From Candidatus Acidiferrum sp. (lineage in GTDB: Bacteria; Acidobacteriota; Terriglobia; Acidiferrales; UBA7541), in NCBI GenBank assembly GCA_035262325.1, contig DATFTB010000100.1, positions 9,340-73,339 of the forward strand: a stretch of DNA of 64,000 nt. Direction: 5' to 3'. The translations under genes and the position numbers were made by a program. Each line of letters starts with the position of its first letter. Position 1 is the first letter of the stretch. Below are positions 49,381 to 60,084 of this stretch, piece after piece. The notes beneath the pieces are model-generated. The model saw only the letters and a list, made by a program, of their open reading frames with translations. It had not been told where the DNA came from and ran no database searches.

Positions 49381-51114
49381 CTATTTCGACGAGACACGTT
49401 GACCAAGCCAGCCGGAAATAATCTCCAGAACTTCGGGTGAGAAGGTTTCCTCGATGGCGGCGTATTCGGCTGGAGAGCCGGAGTAGGCGTGCTGGAAAAA
49501 ATGATTCAGGTCGGAAAGCTGGCGGATGTCGGCGTACGGGTTGCCCGCTTGCTCGAGGGCCTTCTCGAGCAGTGGCAGGTTGGTCTTGGCGGGCACCTGC
49601 AAATCCTTTTGCCCGTACAAGGCCAACACCGGGCATTTCGTCTTTTGCAAATTGGGTACCGGGTCGTAATCAAGAAAGAAACGGAACCACGGCGAACTCA
49701 TCATCCGCAGCTGAGGTTCGAGCGCCGCCGGCGGAATCGCCGACGAGAAGCCGCTTTCGCGCGCCAGATCGTTCAGTTTGCCGGTGAGGATTCCCGGATT
49801 GGGCTCCTCCCGAACCAGGTCGTAGGCCGCTTTGTCGAATGTGAGGCTGGCAACGAGCTGAGCATCCGAGAGCCCACCGGCCCGGCCGATGAGTTCCGAC
49901 TGGTTCAGGAAGGTGTCCTGGCCTTTTGTAGCGGGTGCCGCGAGAAGAACGAGCCAGGGCAACTCCTTCGAATGCGCGGCGATATAGGGAGCGATGATGG
50001 CGCCTTCACTGTGGCCGATCAATCCCAACCGGGAGGCGTCGATTTCCTTGCGCGTCCTCAGGAAACTGATCGCCGCCTGCGCGTCGCTCGCTAAATCAAG
50101 AGTCGTAGCTCTATCCGCCGAGCCCGTGGATTTGCCGGCACCGCGCTTGTCGTAACGCAAGACTGCAATTCCCTTCCTCGTCAGGTAGTCGGAAAGGACC
50201 AGGAACGGCTTGTGGTTAGCGACCGATTCGTCGCGGTCGTAAGGACCGGACCCCGCAATCAGCAGCGCTGCCGGGAATGGACCTGCGGCCCGGGGAAGGG
50301 TCAAAGTGCCGGCGAGGGTCACGTCAGCAGCTTCATTTCGAAACGAGACTTCGTCTTCGCGGTAGGGATACGGCTTCGCTGGCGTCTGGGGTCGGCGAAG
50401 CTCGAGCGGCTGATCCGAGCGTTTGAATTCGAGCTTTTCGGTCGTGCTGCCCATGGACCATTCTCCCGCGACGGCATTTTTCCCCGCAGTCAGCGTTCCA
50501 TCGAAAGTTGCCCCGACCGCAGGGATTTCAAAATGAAAAGCCGAGTCTTTCTGCGTGACGTTGACTGCGGGCAGGCCAGTCACGCCTTGATCGAGATTAT
50601 CGAGCGCGCCGATCAGCTGTCCTTCGGTGTCGTGAGAGACGTGTAGTTGCAATCGCAGGCGCATACCATGCATGTCCAGCGCGCTCTGCCACAGACCTTC
50701 TACCGGGGAAACCGCGTCAATCGGTTTGTGAGCCGGTGGCTCGCGACGGAAAACCAAAGGAAGCGTGGCCTCTCCCTGCGACCAGGTTCCATCGATGAGC
50801 TTGTGGTCTGCTGAAACCTTCGCTTCATAATGGGCGCCCACCGAAGCCACCTCAAGATTCAGCTGGCCACTCGAATACTTGACCCCGCTGGCTTCGATCG
50901 CAAAGACACCCTGATCCAGGCTGTCCAACGAGGCCTGCAGCGAGCCGCCGGGAGACTTGGATAGATGCAGAACCAGGTGCAGCTTCGCTTCTCCAGCCTG
51001 CAGCGTACCCGTGTAGGTTCCCTCGATCGGGAGCGATTGAGGGAAAAGCGTGGCGCAAAGGGGCAACAGAGCTGAGCACAGCAGCGCCAAGCATCGCCCA
51101 AGGGAGAAGCGCAA
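49381..51114 (-). CDS. exported alpha/beta hydrolase with two N-terminal beta-repeat domains
   Basis: Two repeats (LDSLDQG / LDNLDQG); GSGP.DRDE, GHSEGA, KDLQV, LNH.FQ; TTG start uncertain. Confidence 0.88.
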   Translation of the reverse strand: MRFSLGRCLALLCSALLPLCATLFPQSLPIEGTYTGTLQAGEAKLHLVLHLSKSPGGSLQASLDSLDQGVFAIEASGVKYSSGQLNLEVASVGAHYEAKVSADHKLIDGTWSQGEATLPLVFRREPPAHKPIDAVSPVEGLWQSALDMHGMRLRLQLHVSHDTEGQLIGALDNLDQGVTGLPAVNVTQKDSAFHFEIPAVGATFDGTLTAGKNAVAGEWSMGSTTEKLEFKRSDQPLELRRPQTPAKPYPYREDEVSFRNEAADVTLAGTLTLPRAAGPFPAALLIAGSGPYDRDESVANHKPFLVLSDYLTRKGIAVLRYDKRGAGKSTGSADRATTLDLASDAQAAISFLRTRKEIDASRLGLIGHSEGAIIAPYIAAHSKELPWLVLLAAPATKGQDTFLNQSELIGRAGGLSDAQLVASLTFDKAAYDLVREEPNPGILTGKLNDLARESGFSSAIPPAALEPQLRMMSSPWFRFFLDYDPVPNLQKTKCPVLALYGQKDLQVPAKTNLPLLEKALEQAGNPYADIRQLSDLNHFFQHAYSGSPAEYAAIEETFSPEVLEIISGWLGQRVSSK

Positions 51115-51242
51115 AGAACGTCCCCTTTCTAATGGAGAGATTGTAGCTGATTGGATGTACGAAAAACGAAAAACGCCGCCCGGGCATAGGTGCGGCGCAA
51201 TTCCCGGTTGAGAGCGACAACGAAACAACCTAGTGGCAGCCA

Positions 51243-51276
51243 ATAAAGCAACGCGCTCCGTGCCTCACGGAGCGCG
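51243..51276 (-). terminator. intrinsic terminator downstream of the ferredoxin gene
   Basis: Minus strand CGCGCTCCGTG-AGG-CACGGAGCGCG followed by TTGCTTTATT. Confidence 0.7.
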
Positions 51277-51335
51277 CCGGACAAATCCGCTTCTCACGAT
51301 TCGCAAACAACCAAGATAAACGCGTGGCCAAAGGG

Positions 51336-51599
51336 CTATTTCTTCTCGTACCATTCGGCGTTCATGGCCGTAAACTTCTGCCACTTTTCAGGGAGGTCTT
51401 CGAGGGCAAAGATCGCGGTGACGGGGCAAACGGGCACGCAAGCGCCACAATCGATGCATTCCACCGGACTGATATAGAGCATCGTTTCCGTTTGATAGGC
51501 CGCTTCGTCCTTCCGCGGATGGATGCAATCCACGGGGCAGACATCAACACAGGCGGTATCTTTCGTGTTGATGCAGGGTTCGGCAATCACATAGGCCAT
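51336..51599 (-). CDS. 7Fe (3Fe-4S/4Fe-4S) FdxA-type ferredoxin
   Basis: C...KDTACVDVCPVDCIH and CIDCGACVPVCP; AGGAG RBS. Confidence 0.94.
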   Translation of the reverse strand: MAYVIAEPCINTKDTACVDVCPVDCIHPRKDEAAYQTETMLYISPVECIDCGACVPVCPVTAIFALEDLPEKWQKFTAMNAEWYEKK

Positions 51600-51770
51600 T
51601 CAAAATCTCCTTTGAAAGGCGGACCGGCCTCCTGAAGCCGCGCCTAGCCGGTAAACCTTAAAGATATCACGACGCTGCCGGCTCGCAAGTACCCACAGCT
51701 TGATTTTACGTGGAACGTGAGAGATTCTCAACCGCGACGAAGACGTTAGAATGGAAGGGAGGGAGGGGTC

Positions 51771-52280
51771 ATGGGGCCGAGAATGCTGATTGCGGCGGTG
51801 TTGACGATCACCGGGCTGGCCGGCGCGCTCGCGCCAGCCGAGACCGACGCGCCAAAAGACCCGGAGTTAATCGATCTCGCAGGCTATCAGAGGATCGTCG
51901 AGCAGTACAAAGGCAAGCCACTCCTGGTAACGTTTTGGGCGACCTGGTGCGAACCGTGCCGCGACGAGTATCCCATGTTGAATGAAATGGCCAAGCAGTA
52001 TGCAGCACAAGGGCTGAGAGTCGTTGGCGTGAACATGGATCAAGACGGCGATTTGATCCTCATGCGCAGATTTCTCGCGCGCTACAAGCCCGTTTTCCCG
52101 AACTACCGAAAGAAAAAGGGCGACGAGGACGCGTTTTTGCAAGGCGTGATGAAAGGGTGGAATGGTTCGCTCCCCGCCTCCTTTTTCTACGCCAAAGATG
52201 GAACTATGGTCGCACACCAATTTGGAGCGGCCGACCACGACACGTACGAGGCTTTCATCCGTGCGCTCCTTTCGAAGTAA
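51771..52280 (+). CDS. TlpA-family thiol-disulfide oxidoreductase (exported)
   Basis: Signal peptide; FWATWCEPC; cis-Pro loop GSLP. Confidence 0.9.
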   Translation: MGPRMLIAAVLTITGLAGALAPAETDAPKDPELIDLAGYQRIVEQYKGKPLLVTFWATWCEPCRDEYPMLNEMAKQYAAQGLRVVGVNMDQDGDLILMRRFLARYKPVFPNYRKKKGDEDAFLQGVMKGWNGSLPASFFYAKDGTMVAHQFGAADHDTYEAFIRALLSK

Positions 52281-52338
52281 AGCATCGGAAGGTCGCCGGT
52301 AGCCGCGACCGCTACCCAACCACATCCAGGAGGAGACC

Positions 52339-53055
52339 ATGCTGGACTTGAAAGGCAACCGCATCAGCTACTACGGCCACAGCACCTTCGGCTTGAAGAC
52401 TCCAAGCGGGCAAGTGGCCTTGATCGATCCCTGGGTCATGACGAACCCGAAGTGCCCGGAAAACCTGAAAAAGGTGGCGCGGCTCGATGCGATTTTTCTG
52501 ACCCACGGCCACTCCGACCATATGGGCGATCTGTTGGAGCTGGCAAAGCAGCACAAGCCCAAGGTGCTCGCGAATTTCGAGATCTATCTCTGGTTGGAAT
52601 CCAAAAACACCGGTGCGCAGGGCTTGCCGTGCAACAAGGGCGGCGCTCAAAAGGTTGGCGATTTCGAAGTGACGATGACGAATGCATTCCACTCGAGTTC
52701 GATTGATGACGGCGGTCAGCGTCTGTACGGGGGCGAGCCGGCGGGGTTCATCATAAGATTGCCCGGCGGCTTCAGCGTTTATCACGCGGGCGATACCTGT
52801 GTCTTCGGTGACATGAAGTTGATTGCGGAACTGTACAAGCCGGACCTGGCTTGCTTGCCGATCGGAGACGTCTTTACGATGGGTCCGCGGGAGACCGCCA
52901 TGGCCATCCGACTTCTGGGCGTGAAGCATGTGATTCCCATGCACTACGCGACATTCCCCATGCTGACGGGCACACCCGAAGGCCTCAGGGAGGAGGCCAA
53001 AGACATCGCCGGGCTCGAGATTCACGCCTTGAAGCCAGGAGAAAGCCTGGGCTAG
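52339..53055 (+). CDS. metal-dependent hydrolase (metallo-beta-lactamase fold, UPF0173)
   Basis: GHS, IDP, THGHSDH, HAGDT, PIG..FTM, IPMHY. Confidence 0.92.
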   Translation: MLDLKGNRISYYGHSTFGLKTPSGQVALIDPWVMTNPKCPENLKKVARLDAIFLTHGHSDHMGDLLELAKQHKPKVLANFEIYLWLESKNTGAQGLPCNKGGAQKVGDFEVTMTNAFHSSSIDDGGQRLYGGEPAGFIIRLPGGFSVYHAGDTCVFGDMKLIAELYKPDLACLPIGDVFTMGPRETAMAIRLLGVKHVIPMHYATFPMLTGTPEGLREEAKDIAGLEIHALKPGESLG

Positions 53056-53073
53056 GACACCTGGTGCCGGCTG

Positions 53074-53985
53074 CTATGAACGGAACAGGTTTCGTAGGAA
53101 AAAGGTGAGATTGGCCGGTCGTTCTGCCAACCGCCGCATGAAATACGGAAACCACTCGAGGCCGTACGGAACGTAGATGCGGACGCGGTAACCATCCTGC
53201 ACCAGTCTTCTTTGCAGGTCGGTCCTTACCCCATACAGCATCTGAAACTCAAAATCGTCTTTCGAGATTTTCTTTGCCGCGGCCGTGCGAATGGTTTCCG
53301 CGATCATCCGTGGATCGTGCGTGGCGATGCCGTGATAAAAGCCGCTGGAGAGCAGAATCTTCATCAGCTTGACGTAATTGGCGTCAACGTCGGCTTTCCG
53401 TGGAAACGCTAGCTCGGAGGGTTCCTTGTACGCGCCCTTGCATAGCCGTATCCGACAACCATAGGCGAGCAGGTCGTTGATATCGCTTTCGCTGCGATAG
53501 AGATACGACTGGATTACCGTGCCCACCACGGGAGTCTGTGTGCGGACTCGCTTTACCAGTTCGACCGTGCGCTGCGTGTAGATCGACCCTTCCATGTCGA
53601 TGCGCAGAAAGCTGTCGTACGAGGCTGCGCGCTCGGCGATCGAAAGGACCAGCCCCTCGCAGAATTCGGCGGAAATATCCAGTCCGAGCTGCGTAAGCTT
53701 GCAGGAGACGTTGGCGTTTAACTGCTCGCGAGCGATACGATCGTAGATTTCCAGGTAGGTGTCGCGGACCTTCTGGGCGTCCGCCGCTGTCGAAACGTTT
53801 TCGCCGAGGCAGTCGAGGGTTACAGCCATTCCGGCGTTATTCAGTTCGCGTGCCGCGCGAATCACTTCGTCCAAGGTCTCGCCGGCAACGAAGCGGTGCG
53901 ACATCCGGCGCGTGACAGAATTAGAAGTGACCCAGTGAGCGAATCCGTTGCTTCCAGAGAGCTTGAGCAGTGTGGAACGCAGCAT
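53074..53985 (-). CDS. monofunctional proline dehydrogenase
   Basis: RFVAGE, IDME, RLCKGAY, IATHD, EFQMLYG, YFMRRLAERPAN. Confidence 0.94.
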   Translation of the reverse strand: MLRSTLLKLSGSNGFAHWVTSNSVTRRMSHRFVAGETLDEVIRAARELNNAGMAVTLDCLGENVSTAADAQKVRDTYLEIYDRIAREQLNANVSCKLTQLGLDISAEFCEGLVLSIAERAASYDSFLRIDMEGSIYTQRTVELVKRVRTQTPVVGTVIQSYLYRSESDINDLLAYGCRIRLCKGAYKEPSELAFPRKADVDANYVKLMKILLSSGFYHGIATHDPRMIAETIRTAAAKKISKDDFEFQMLYGVRTDLQRRLVQDGYRVRIYVPYGLEWFPYFMRRLAERPANLTFFLRNLFRS

Positions 53986-54032
53986 GGACCGGTTAATTAT
54001 GCCGCGAGTTGGCCGAACAGGCCAGACACGGG

Positions 54033-54953
54033 CTAGTCCTTGTGCTCTTCGAGGAACTTTTCCGCATCCAGGGCCGCCATGCAACCAGAGCCCGCCGCGG
54101 TCACCGCCTGGCGGTAGCGGTGATCCTGAACGTCGCCGGCGATGAACACGCCCGGAACGCTCGTCAGGCTGCCGTCGCGCGCGATCAGATAGCCATTCTC
54201 GTCCATCTCGAGCTTGCCCCGGAAGACGATGGAGTTGGGATTGTGCCCGATGGCAACGAATACCCCATCCAGGCCGATTTCCCGGGTGCTGCCGTTGTGC
54301 GATTCCCGCACGCGGATCCCCTTCACAAGTCCTTCCGGCGCGACAATCTCATCCACCACGAAAGGTGTTACGAATTCAATTTTCTCGTTGGCCTTCGCTC
54401 GGTCGACCATGATTTTCGAGGCGCGAAATTCCTTCCGCCGGTGAATCAGGTATACGTGGCTTGCATACCGCGACAGAAAATTGGCTTCTTCCATCGCGGA
54501 GTCGCCGCCGCCAACGACCGCGATTGGCTTGCCGCGAAAAAAATATCCATCGCATGTCGCACAGGTCGAAAGACCGCGGCCGATCAGTTCCCTTTCGCCC
54601 TTGAGGCCCAGAAGCCGAGCCGATGCCCCGGCAGCCACGATGATCGTGCGTGTCTCGTAGACATCCTTGCCCGCGATCACGCGAAACGGCCGCTTTGTCA
54701 GGTCCACCTCCGTTACCGTCCCGGCCTTGAATACTGCGCCGAACCTCTCGGCCTGCTTGCGCATGTTTTCGATGAGTTCCGGACCAAGAATCCCTTCCGG
54801 AAAGCCTGGAAAGTTCTCAACGTGCGTGGTCAAGGAGAGCTGTCCGCCGGGCTCGTGACCGTCTAGCACGAGTGGGTTCAGATTCGCGCGCCCGGCATAG
54901 ATCGCCGCCGTAAGGCCAGCACAGCCACTTCCAATGATCAGGACATTCTGCAT
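54033..54953 (-). CDS. trxB: thioredoxin-disulfide reductase
   Basis: GSGCAG, CATCDG, GGGDSA, HRR, AGDV..YRQAVTAAG.GC. Confidence 0.96.
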   Translation of the reverse strand: MQNVLIIGSGCAGLTAAIYAGRANLNPLVLDGHEPGGQLSLTTHVENFPGFPEGILGPELIENMRKQAERFGAVFKAGTVTEVDLTKRPFRVIAGKDVYETRTIIVAAGASARLLGLKGERELIGRGLSTCATCDGYFFRGKPIAVVGGGDSAMEEANFLSRYASHVYLIHRRKEFRASKIMVDRAKANEKIEFVTPFVVDEIVAPEGLVKGIRVRESHNGSTREIGLDGVFVAIGHNPNSIVFRGKLEMDENGYLIARDGSLTSVPGVFIAGDVQDHRYRQAVTAAGSGCMAALDAEKFLEEHKD

Positions 54954-55195
54954 GCAAATGAACTCCGCAGATTAGATTCCGACTCAGGGTTTGGGGGTAC
55001 AGAACAACGCTCTATTCTAGCATCTAACAGCATGATTCGATTGCCATTATCGAAGGCCGCCGCTGCTGTTCAGCCGGCGCAGTCCCGTTTCGAGAGCCAA
55101 ATTGGAGCCAGGCGCCGCGCCGTAGCCATAGACACGTTCGCGGCATCCATCTACGCTGGAAAACGATCCTAGATCTGCTTGGTTAAGGAGCCACG

Positions 55196-55717
55196 ATGGA
55201 CCCACGTTACCCCATTGGACCGTTTCAAGCGCCCGAAGAAGCAACTCCGGCCATGCGCGCAAAAGCAATTCAGGAAATAGCGGCGGTGCCGGCGGCTGTC
55301 CGTGCCGCCACCGAAGGACTGAACGACGCGAAGCTCGACACGCCGTACCGCGACGGCGGCTGGACGGTGCGGCAGGTTGTTCACCACATCGCGGACAGCC
55401 ACATGAATGCCTACGTGCGTTGTCGCCTGGCACTGACCGAAGCAGAGCCGACCATCAAGCCATACGAGGAAAGTGCTTGGGCAAAACTGGAAGACGCGGC
55501 GCGTTCGCCGATCGACGTTTCGCTGCGGCTGCTCGAACCATTGCACGAACGCTGGGTAATCCTTCTCCGCTCCGTAAAGCCGCAGGAATTTGCGCGTACC
55601 TTCCGGCACCCCGACCATGGTGTGAGAACGCTCGACTGGATGCTGTTCCTCTACGCCTGGCATGGCAAGCACCATACCGCGCATGTCACCGAACTCAGAA
55701 AACAGAAGGGCTGGTAG
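55196..55717 (+). CDS. YfiT/BstA-like thiol S-transferase (DinB superfamily)
   Basis: RYPIG, YRDGGWTVRQVVHHIADSH, YAWHGKHH. Confidence 0.9.
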   Translation: MDPRYPIGPFQAPEEATPAMRAKAIQEIAAVPAAVRAATEGLNDAKLDTPYRDGGWTVRQVVHHIADSHMNAYVRCRLALTEAEPTIKPYEESAWAKLEDAARSPIDVSLRLLEPLHERWVILLRSVKPQEFARTFRHPDHGVRTLDWMLFLYAWHGKHHTAHVTELRKQKGW

Positions 55718-55786
55718 CGGCTAGAGGCTGTCTGGCAGAACTACACGCGAGTCATGTACGATGAAGCTGGCGTGAAAGGAGAGGAA

Positions 55787-56311
55787 ATGGCTCGACCTGC
55801 GGGTACCTACGCAATTTTTGAAACAACTCTCGGGAACATCGTTTGCAAGTTGTTTGAGAAAGAAGCTCCCAAAACCGTGGCCAATTTCATCGGCCTCGCG
55901 GAAGGCTCAAAGGAATTTACGAACCCCACGACCGGGAAAAAAGAAAAGAGGAATTATTACGACGGCCTGACCTTTCACCGCGTGATTCCGCAGTTTATGA
56001 TCCAGGGCGGATGCCCGCGCGGGGATGGTCGCGGCGGTCCCGGCTATTCTTTCGAAGACGAGTTTCATTCCTCGCTGCGTCATTCGAAGCCGGGTAAACT
56101 TTCGATGGCGAACGCCGGCCCGAACACCAATGGCAGCCAGTTCTTCATCACCGTTGCGTCGACGCCGCATCTCGACAATCGCCACACCATTTTCGGCGAA
56201 GTGGTCGAAGGCCAGGATGTCGCGGACAAAATCTCGAACACTCCCCGCGACAGCATGGACAAGCCCAAAACGCCCGTCACCATGAAAGTACGCGTCGAAC
56301 GGATCCCCTGA
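55787..56311 (+). CDS. cyclophilin-type peptidyl-prolyl cis-trans isomerase
   Basis: [35 protein letters not shown]. Confidence 0.95.
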   Translation: MARPAGTYAIFETTLGNIVCKLFEKEAPKTVANFIGLAEGSKEFTNPTTGKKEKRNYYDGLTFHRVIPQFMIQGGCPRGDGRGGPGYSFEDEFHSSLRHSKPGKLSMANAGPNTNGSQFFITVASTPHLDNRHTIFGEVVEGQDVADKISNTPRDSMDKPKTPVTMKVRVERIP

Positions 56312-56324
56312 GCAAGCGGCGCTT

Positions 56325-56684
56325 ATGCTCTCCCCCGCGCGTCTCTCGCAACTCATGGTGGAGTTCGTTTTTCTGCTGCTAGGGGCGCTTGTCGTATGGC
56401 TGGGACTCAGCGGACGGATTTACTTCGATCGGCGAAGCATCCCCTGGCTCGTGATCAGCGTTGGCATTGCGGTGTGGGGGCTGATGGCGTTGGCCAAGCC
56501 CGGCCAGTGGTTGGCGCGCGGGCAAAAATGGAATCGCGGCGCCTCGCTGCTGTTGCTCGGCCTGATCATGCTGGTCATCACGCGAGTGCCTTTTCTTTGG
56601 GTGGGCCGATGGCTCGCACTCGCCGGGCTCGTCTTGCTGGTTCGCGGCGCTTTGGGTTGCGCCCTGATTTTAAAACAGCGCTAG
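56325..56684 (+). CDS. 4-TM hypothetical membrane protein
   Basis: 119-aa ORF with four hydrophobic segments, 13 nt after the PPIase stop. Confidence 0.72.
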   Translation: MLSPARLSQLMVEFVFLLLGALVVWLGLSGRIYFDRRSIPWLVISVGIAVWGLMALAKPGQWLARGQKWNRGASLLLLGLIMLVITRVPFLWVGRWLALAGLVLLVRGALGCALILKQR

Positions 56685-56788
56685 TCACCGTTCAGATATA
56701 ATCCCTGCGACTTGAAAGCCTCTCCCCTGAGGGGAGCCGCGCTGGACTCCGGAAGGATTACGTATGCTTCGCGCAAGGAGAAAAACTC

Positions 56789-57211
56789 GTGCTGAAAGAA
56801 TTCAAAGAATTTGCGATGCGAGGCAGCGTGCTCGACCTCGCCGTCGGCGTCATCATTGGCGCGGCGTTCGGAAAAGTGGTGTCCTCGTTCGTTGACGATG
56901 TGCTGATGCCGCCCCTAGGACACCTGATTGGCAAGGTAGACTTTTCGAGCTTGTACATCAATTTGAGCGGGACCCACTACAACACGTGGACGGAAGCCAA
57001 GGCCGCTGGGGCGGCGTTAAGTTACGGCAACTTCATCAATAACATCATCAATTTCCTGATTGTCGCGTTTGCGATCTTCGTTCTGGTGCGTTCGGTGAAC
57101 AAGTGGCTGCCGAAGCCGCCAGCGCCGGTCACGACCAAGGATTGCCCGCAGTGTGCTATGCCCATTCCACTGGCGGCAAAGAAGTGTGGTCATTGCACCA
57201 GCGCGGTGTAA
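56789..57211 (+). CDS. mscL: large-conductance mechanosensitive channel with C-terminal zinc ribbon
   Basis: [28 protein letters not shown]...INFLIVAF; tail CPQC...CGHC. Confidence 0.95.
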   Translation: MLKEFKEFAMRGSVLDLAVGVIIGAAFGKVVSSFVDDVLMPPLGHLIGKVDFSSLYINLSGTHYNTWTEAKAAGAALSYGNFINNIINFLIVAFAIFVLVRSVNKWLPKPPAPVTTKDCPQCAMPIPLAAKKCGHCTSAV

Positions 57212-57266
57212 GCGAGCAATCGACGGAGCAGGGGATATAACCGGGCGGGTTCGTAGGAGATCCTGG

Positions 57267-59534
57267 CTAAGCCTTTTCCGGCTTCTTTTTTAAATTCGAC
57301 TCCACGTGGCGGCGCAATCGTTCGATCACTTCCTCCTCGCGGCCTTCCTCGATTTCTCTCTGAACCTCTTCGAGCGAGAAGTGGACGACGTCGTGATGAT
57401 GGAGTTCGAGTGGCACGAGCCCCTCGCTAAACCTCAGCCACAGGCGGTGGATCAGGTTGACCTCGTTTGCGGTGAGATTAGGCGCGTGCGGTCCCAGAAC
57501 CTTGTAGACCTTATCTCCGTTAGGCAAATGAATTTCCAGATTGAACTGCGGCTTGGGATCCGGAAGCCGTTCCCACGCGTCACCGATGTGACGCGCCTGC
57601 TCTTCCACCGATTCCTTCGGAGAATGGCCAAGGACGATGGTGCTCGATTGAAGCGAAGTCGCGGCGCGCAGGATACCGTCCCACAGATTGCTCGCCGCAA
57701 CGACCGATAAGCGTATGCTCTTTCCCCGTTTTTCGGAAATCGACAGCGCTTGCGAAAACAGCTGCTGCTCGATGCTTCCGAACAGCTGCTCGGCTTCAAG
57801 CTCGTACTCGCCGGATGCGGAGCGCCGGAGTAATCGTACATGCAGCACGATCACATCGCGGCGTCCGGGTTTGACCCGGTCCAGCACATTTCCCAGGTGG
57901 TAGAGCGAGTGCACGTTGCTGACCGGCACAAGAATGTTGCCGGGACGCGCGCCGACCGCTTCGGGGGTCAGCTCGCCCTCCATCGCCAGGTGGAACTGGT
58001 CCATTTCCACGTGGTCGGCGGCGCGGTGTCCGTGATGCGTCACGCGTTCGGAAAGCGTAAAAACAACGAAAAGAAATACCGAGAAGGAACCTCCGGCGAT
58101 GGTAGCTTCAGGCTTGGTGAAGAGGTTGATCACCGCGATACCCAGAAGCACGGACGTGATCAGCCCGAGTCCAACCGGAATTTCGACGCCAAAGACGTGG
58201 AAATTCAGCGGAACGCGGTATTCGCGGTCTCCGGGATGCGTGTAGCGCAAGACCAAGACCGCCATACCCTTCATCGCGAAACTCCAGATCACTCCGAACG
58301 CATAGAGGTTCGCGAGAAATGTCACGTCGCCCCGGCTTATGATGATGGTGAGAATTTGCAGCGCCGCGACAATGTTGATGATCCGGTACGATGTGCCGAA
58401 ACGCCGGTGCGGCTGGCGGAACCAACTCGACAGAACGCCGTCTTCCGAAACGCGATTGAGCACGCCGTTCGAGCCCACAATCGCCGTGTTCACCGCGCCT
58501 GCCAGGATCAGGGTGCCCACGACGACAACGAACCCGTGAAATATCAGCCGTAGCAGGAACGGGCCCTCAAGATTCATCGCCAGGCCACCGATGAGGTTTT
58601 CGAGGAACTTCGGCCGCTGATCATCGGGAATCAGCATCACCGCGAAGAAGGACACGAGCGAGGTGAAAACCAGGCTGTAAATAAAAATCACCAGACCGGT
58701 TTTCTTCAAATTCGGCAGCTTCGGGTGCTCAATTTCGCGATAGACCTGCGCCAGGGATTCTTCTCCGCTCATCGCCAGCACCGAATGGCCGAGCCCGACA
58801 AAGACGGCAATGAGACCCGCGAAATGCGCCAGGTGAATCCCGTAGAGCCAGCCCAGTGCGTTCGGACCCAACTTCAAATTGCGGGGGTGCGGGATGGGGG
58901 GCAAAACGGGGTGACGCAGGACGGTCGTGTAGATGCACCAGCCGATCAGGATCACGACCATGACTGTGGTGATCTGCATGATTCGCATGGCCTTCTGGCT
59001 GGACTCGTGGACACCCTTGACGTTGTACCACCAGAAATAAACCGTGCAGAGAACGGCGAAGCTCGCGGCGCCGGCGCCGGGCGGAACGTGAACGTGGATA
59101 TGAATGTAGGCTAGGGTTTCGTTGATCAGCCCGACGATATACTGGCCGGCCGAGACGCCGCTGATCGGGCCGGTCAGGATGTAATCAAACATCAGCGCGG
59201 AGACGCTGAATTTCGCGAGCGTGCCTCCCATCGCCTCTTTGACGACGCGGTAAACACCCCCGCGCACAAACATGCTGCAGCTTTCCACGTAGATCGCACG
59301 GACCGCGTAGGAAAACAGCATGATGCCTAGGATGAACCAGGGCGCGGCCTTGCCGACGTAGCCCTCAGCCTCGCCGCCGGCGTAATAGGCCGACGAAGCC
59401 AGGTCGTTCAGCACAATGGCGGCGGCACGCCAGAAGGAGATGAAGCTCAAAAGAGCCGTCGTGGCGACGATGACGCGCGGGATACCGTTGCCCCGGTTGC
59501 CGCGGACGGCCGGGAGATTGGGAGTGCTGGTCAT
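57267..59534 (-). CDS. APC-family permease with large cytoplasmic C-terminal domain
   Basis: About 12 TM helices; GGVY, DYILT, SGEES; soluble tail with USP-like alpha/beta pattern (ILVPV, VIVLHV, IVLG). Confidence 0.88.
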   Translation of the reverse strand: MTSTPNLPAVRGNRGNGIPRVIVATTALLSFISFWRAAAIVLNDLASSAYYAGGEAEGYVGKAAPWFILGIMLFSYAVRAIYVESCSMFVRGGVYRVVKEAMGGTLAKFSVSALMFDYILTGPISGVSAGQYIVGLINETLAYIHIHVHVPPGAGAASFAVLCTVYFWWYNVKGVHESSQKAMRIMQITTVMVVILIGWCIYTTVLRHPVLPPIPHPRNLKLGPNALGWLYGIHLAHFAGLIAVFVGLGHSVLAMSGEESLAQVYREIEHPKLPNLKKTGLVIFIYSLVFTSLVSFFAVMLIPDDQRPKFLENLIGGLAMNLEGPFLLRLIFHGFVVVVGTLILAGAVNTAIVGSNGVLNRVSEDGVLSSWFRQPHRRFGTSYRIINIVAALQILTIIISRGDVTFLANLYAFGVIWSFAMKGMAVLVLRYTHPGDREYRVPLNFHVFGVEIPVGLGLITSVLLGIAVINLFTKPEATIAGGSFSVFLFVVFTLSERVTHHGHRAADHVEMDQFHLAMEGELTPEAVGARPGNILVPVSNVHSLYHLGNVLDRVKPGRRDVIVLHVRLLRRSASGEYELEAEQLFGSIEQQLFSQALSISEKRGKSIRLSVVAASNLWDGILRAATSLQSSTIVLGHSPKESVEEQARHIGDAWERLPDPKPQFNLEIHLPNGDKVYKVLGPHAPNLTANEVNLIHRLWLRFSEGLVPLELHHHDVVHFSLEEVQREIEEGREEEVIERLRRHVESNLKKKPEKA

Positions 59535-59672
59535 TGACGGGTAATTTGGCCTGCAGAAGTCAATGCTCGCATTTTTTGGGGGGCAAGTCCAGTTGGCGGC
59601 TGCCCAGAAACGATTTTCTAGTCACTTTGCGACGACCCCCGCGGCGCCAGCCGATTCGAATGTGAGCCTCCT

Positions 59673-60068
59673 TTAGGTGGCCGGGGGAGCCGAGGTTTCG
59701 CGAAACGCTTTGGCGCACTCGGCGCAAGGGCAGATGCTCCGCAGATAGTCGTAGCTGAAGATGCCCGTGGAGTGGCCGTCGCTGAAATTGATCTGAATCG
59801 CGTAATTCCCCACCTGCGCGGCGCTTTGCGCGCGCGCCTTTGGCTTATACATGGGAAGCGCCGCAGACGCCGGCAGGTTCATCGCGGCCATGGACTCTTT
59901 CTTGCCGCGTTCGTCATTGCAGGTGGCGCATGGGCAGTTGTCGCGCAGGAAGGCAAACTCAAAATGGCTGGTGTGGCCATCAGCCCAAGCGATGTCCACG
60001 CCTGCGCCGTTTTTTACGTGCACCTTCACTTCGGTAGGTTTTTTCCGCTGGTCGATGGGTAAGGGCAT
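59673..60068 (-). CDS. DUF971 / GBBH-like N-terminal domain protein
   Basis: WADGH.S, LRDNCPCATC, VGNYAI...FSDGHSTGIFS..YL, C-terminal CPCAEC. Confidence 0.9.
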   Translation of the reverse strand: MPLPIDQRKKPTEVKVHVKNGAGVDIAWADGHTSHFEFAFLRDNCPCATCNDERGKKESMAAMNLPASAALPMYKPKARAQSAAQVGNYAIQINFSDGHSTGIFSYDYLRSICPCAECAKAFRETSAPPAT

Positions 60069-60084
60069 GGTAAAAAGTCGGGTT

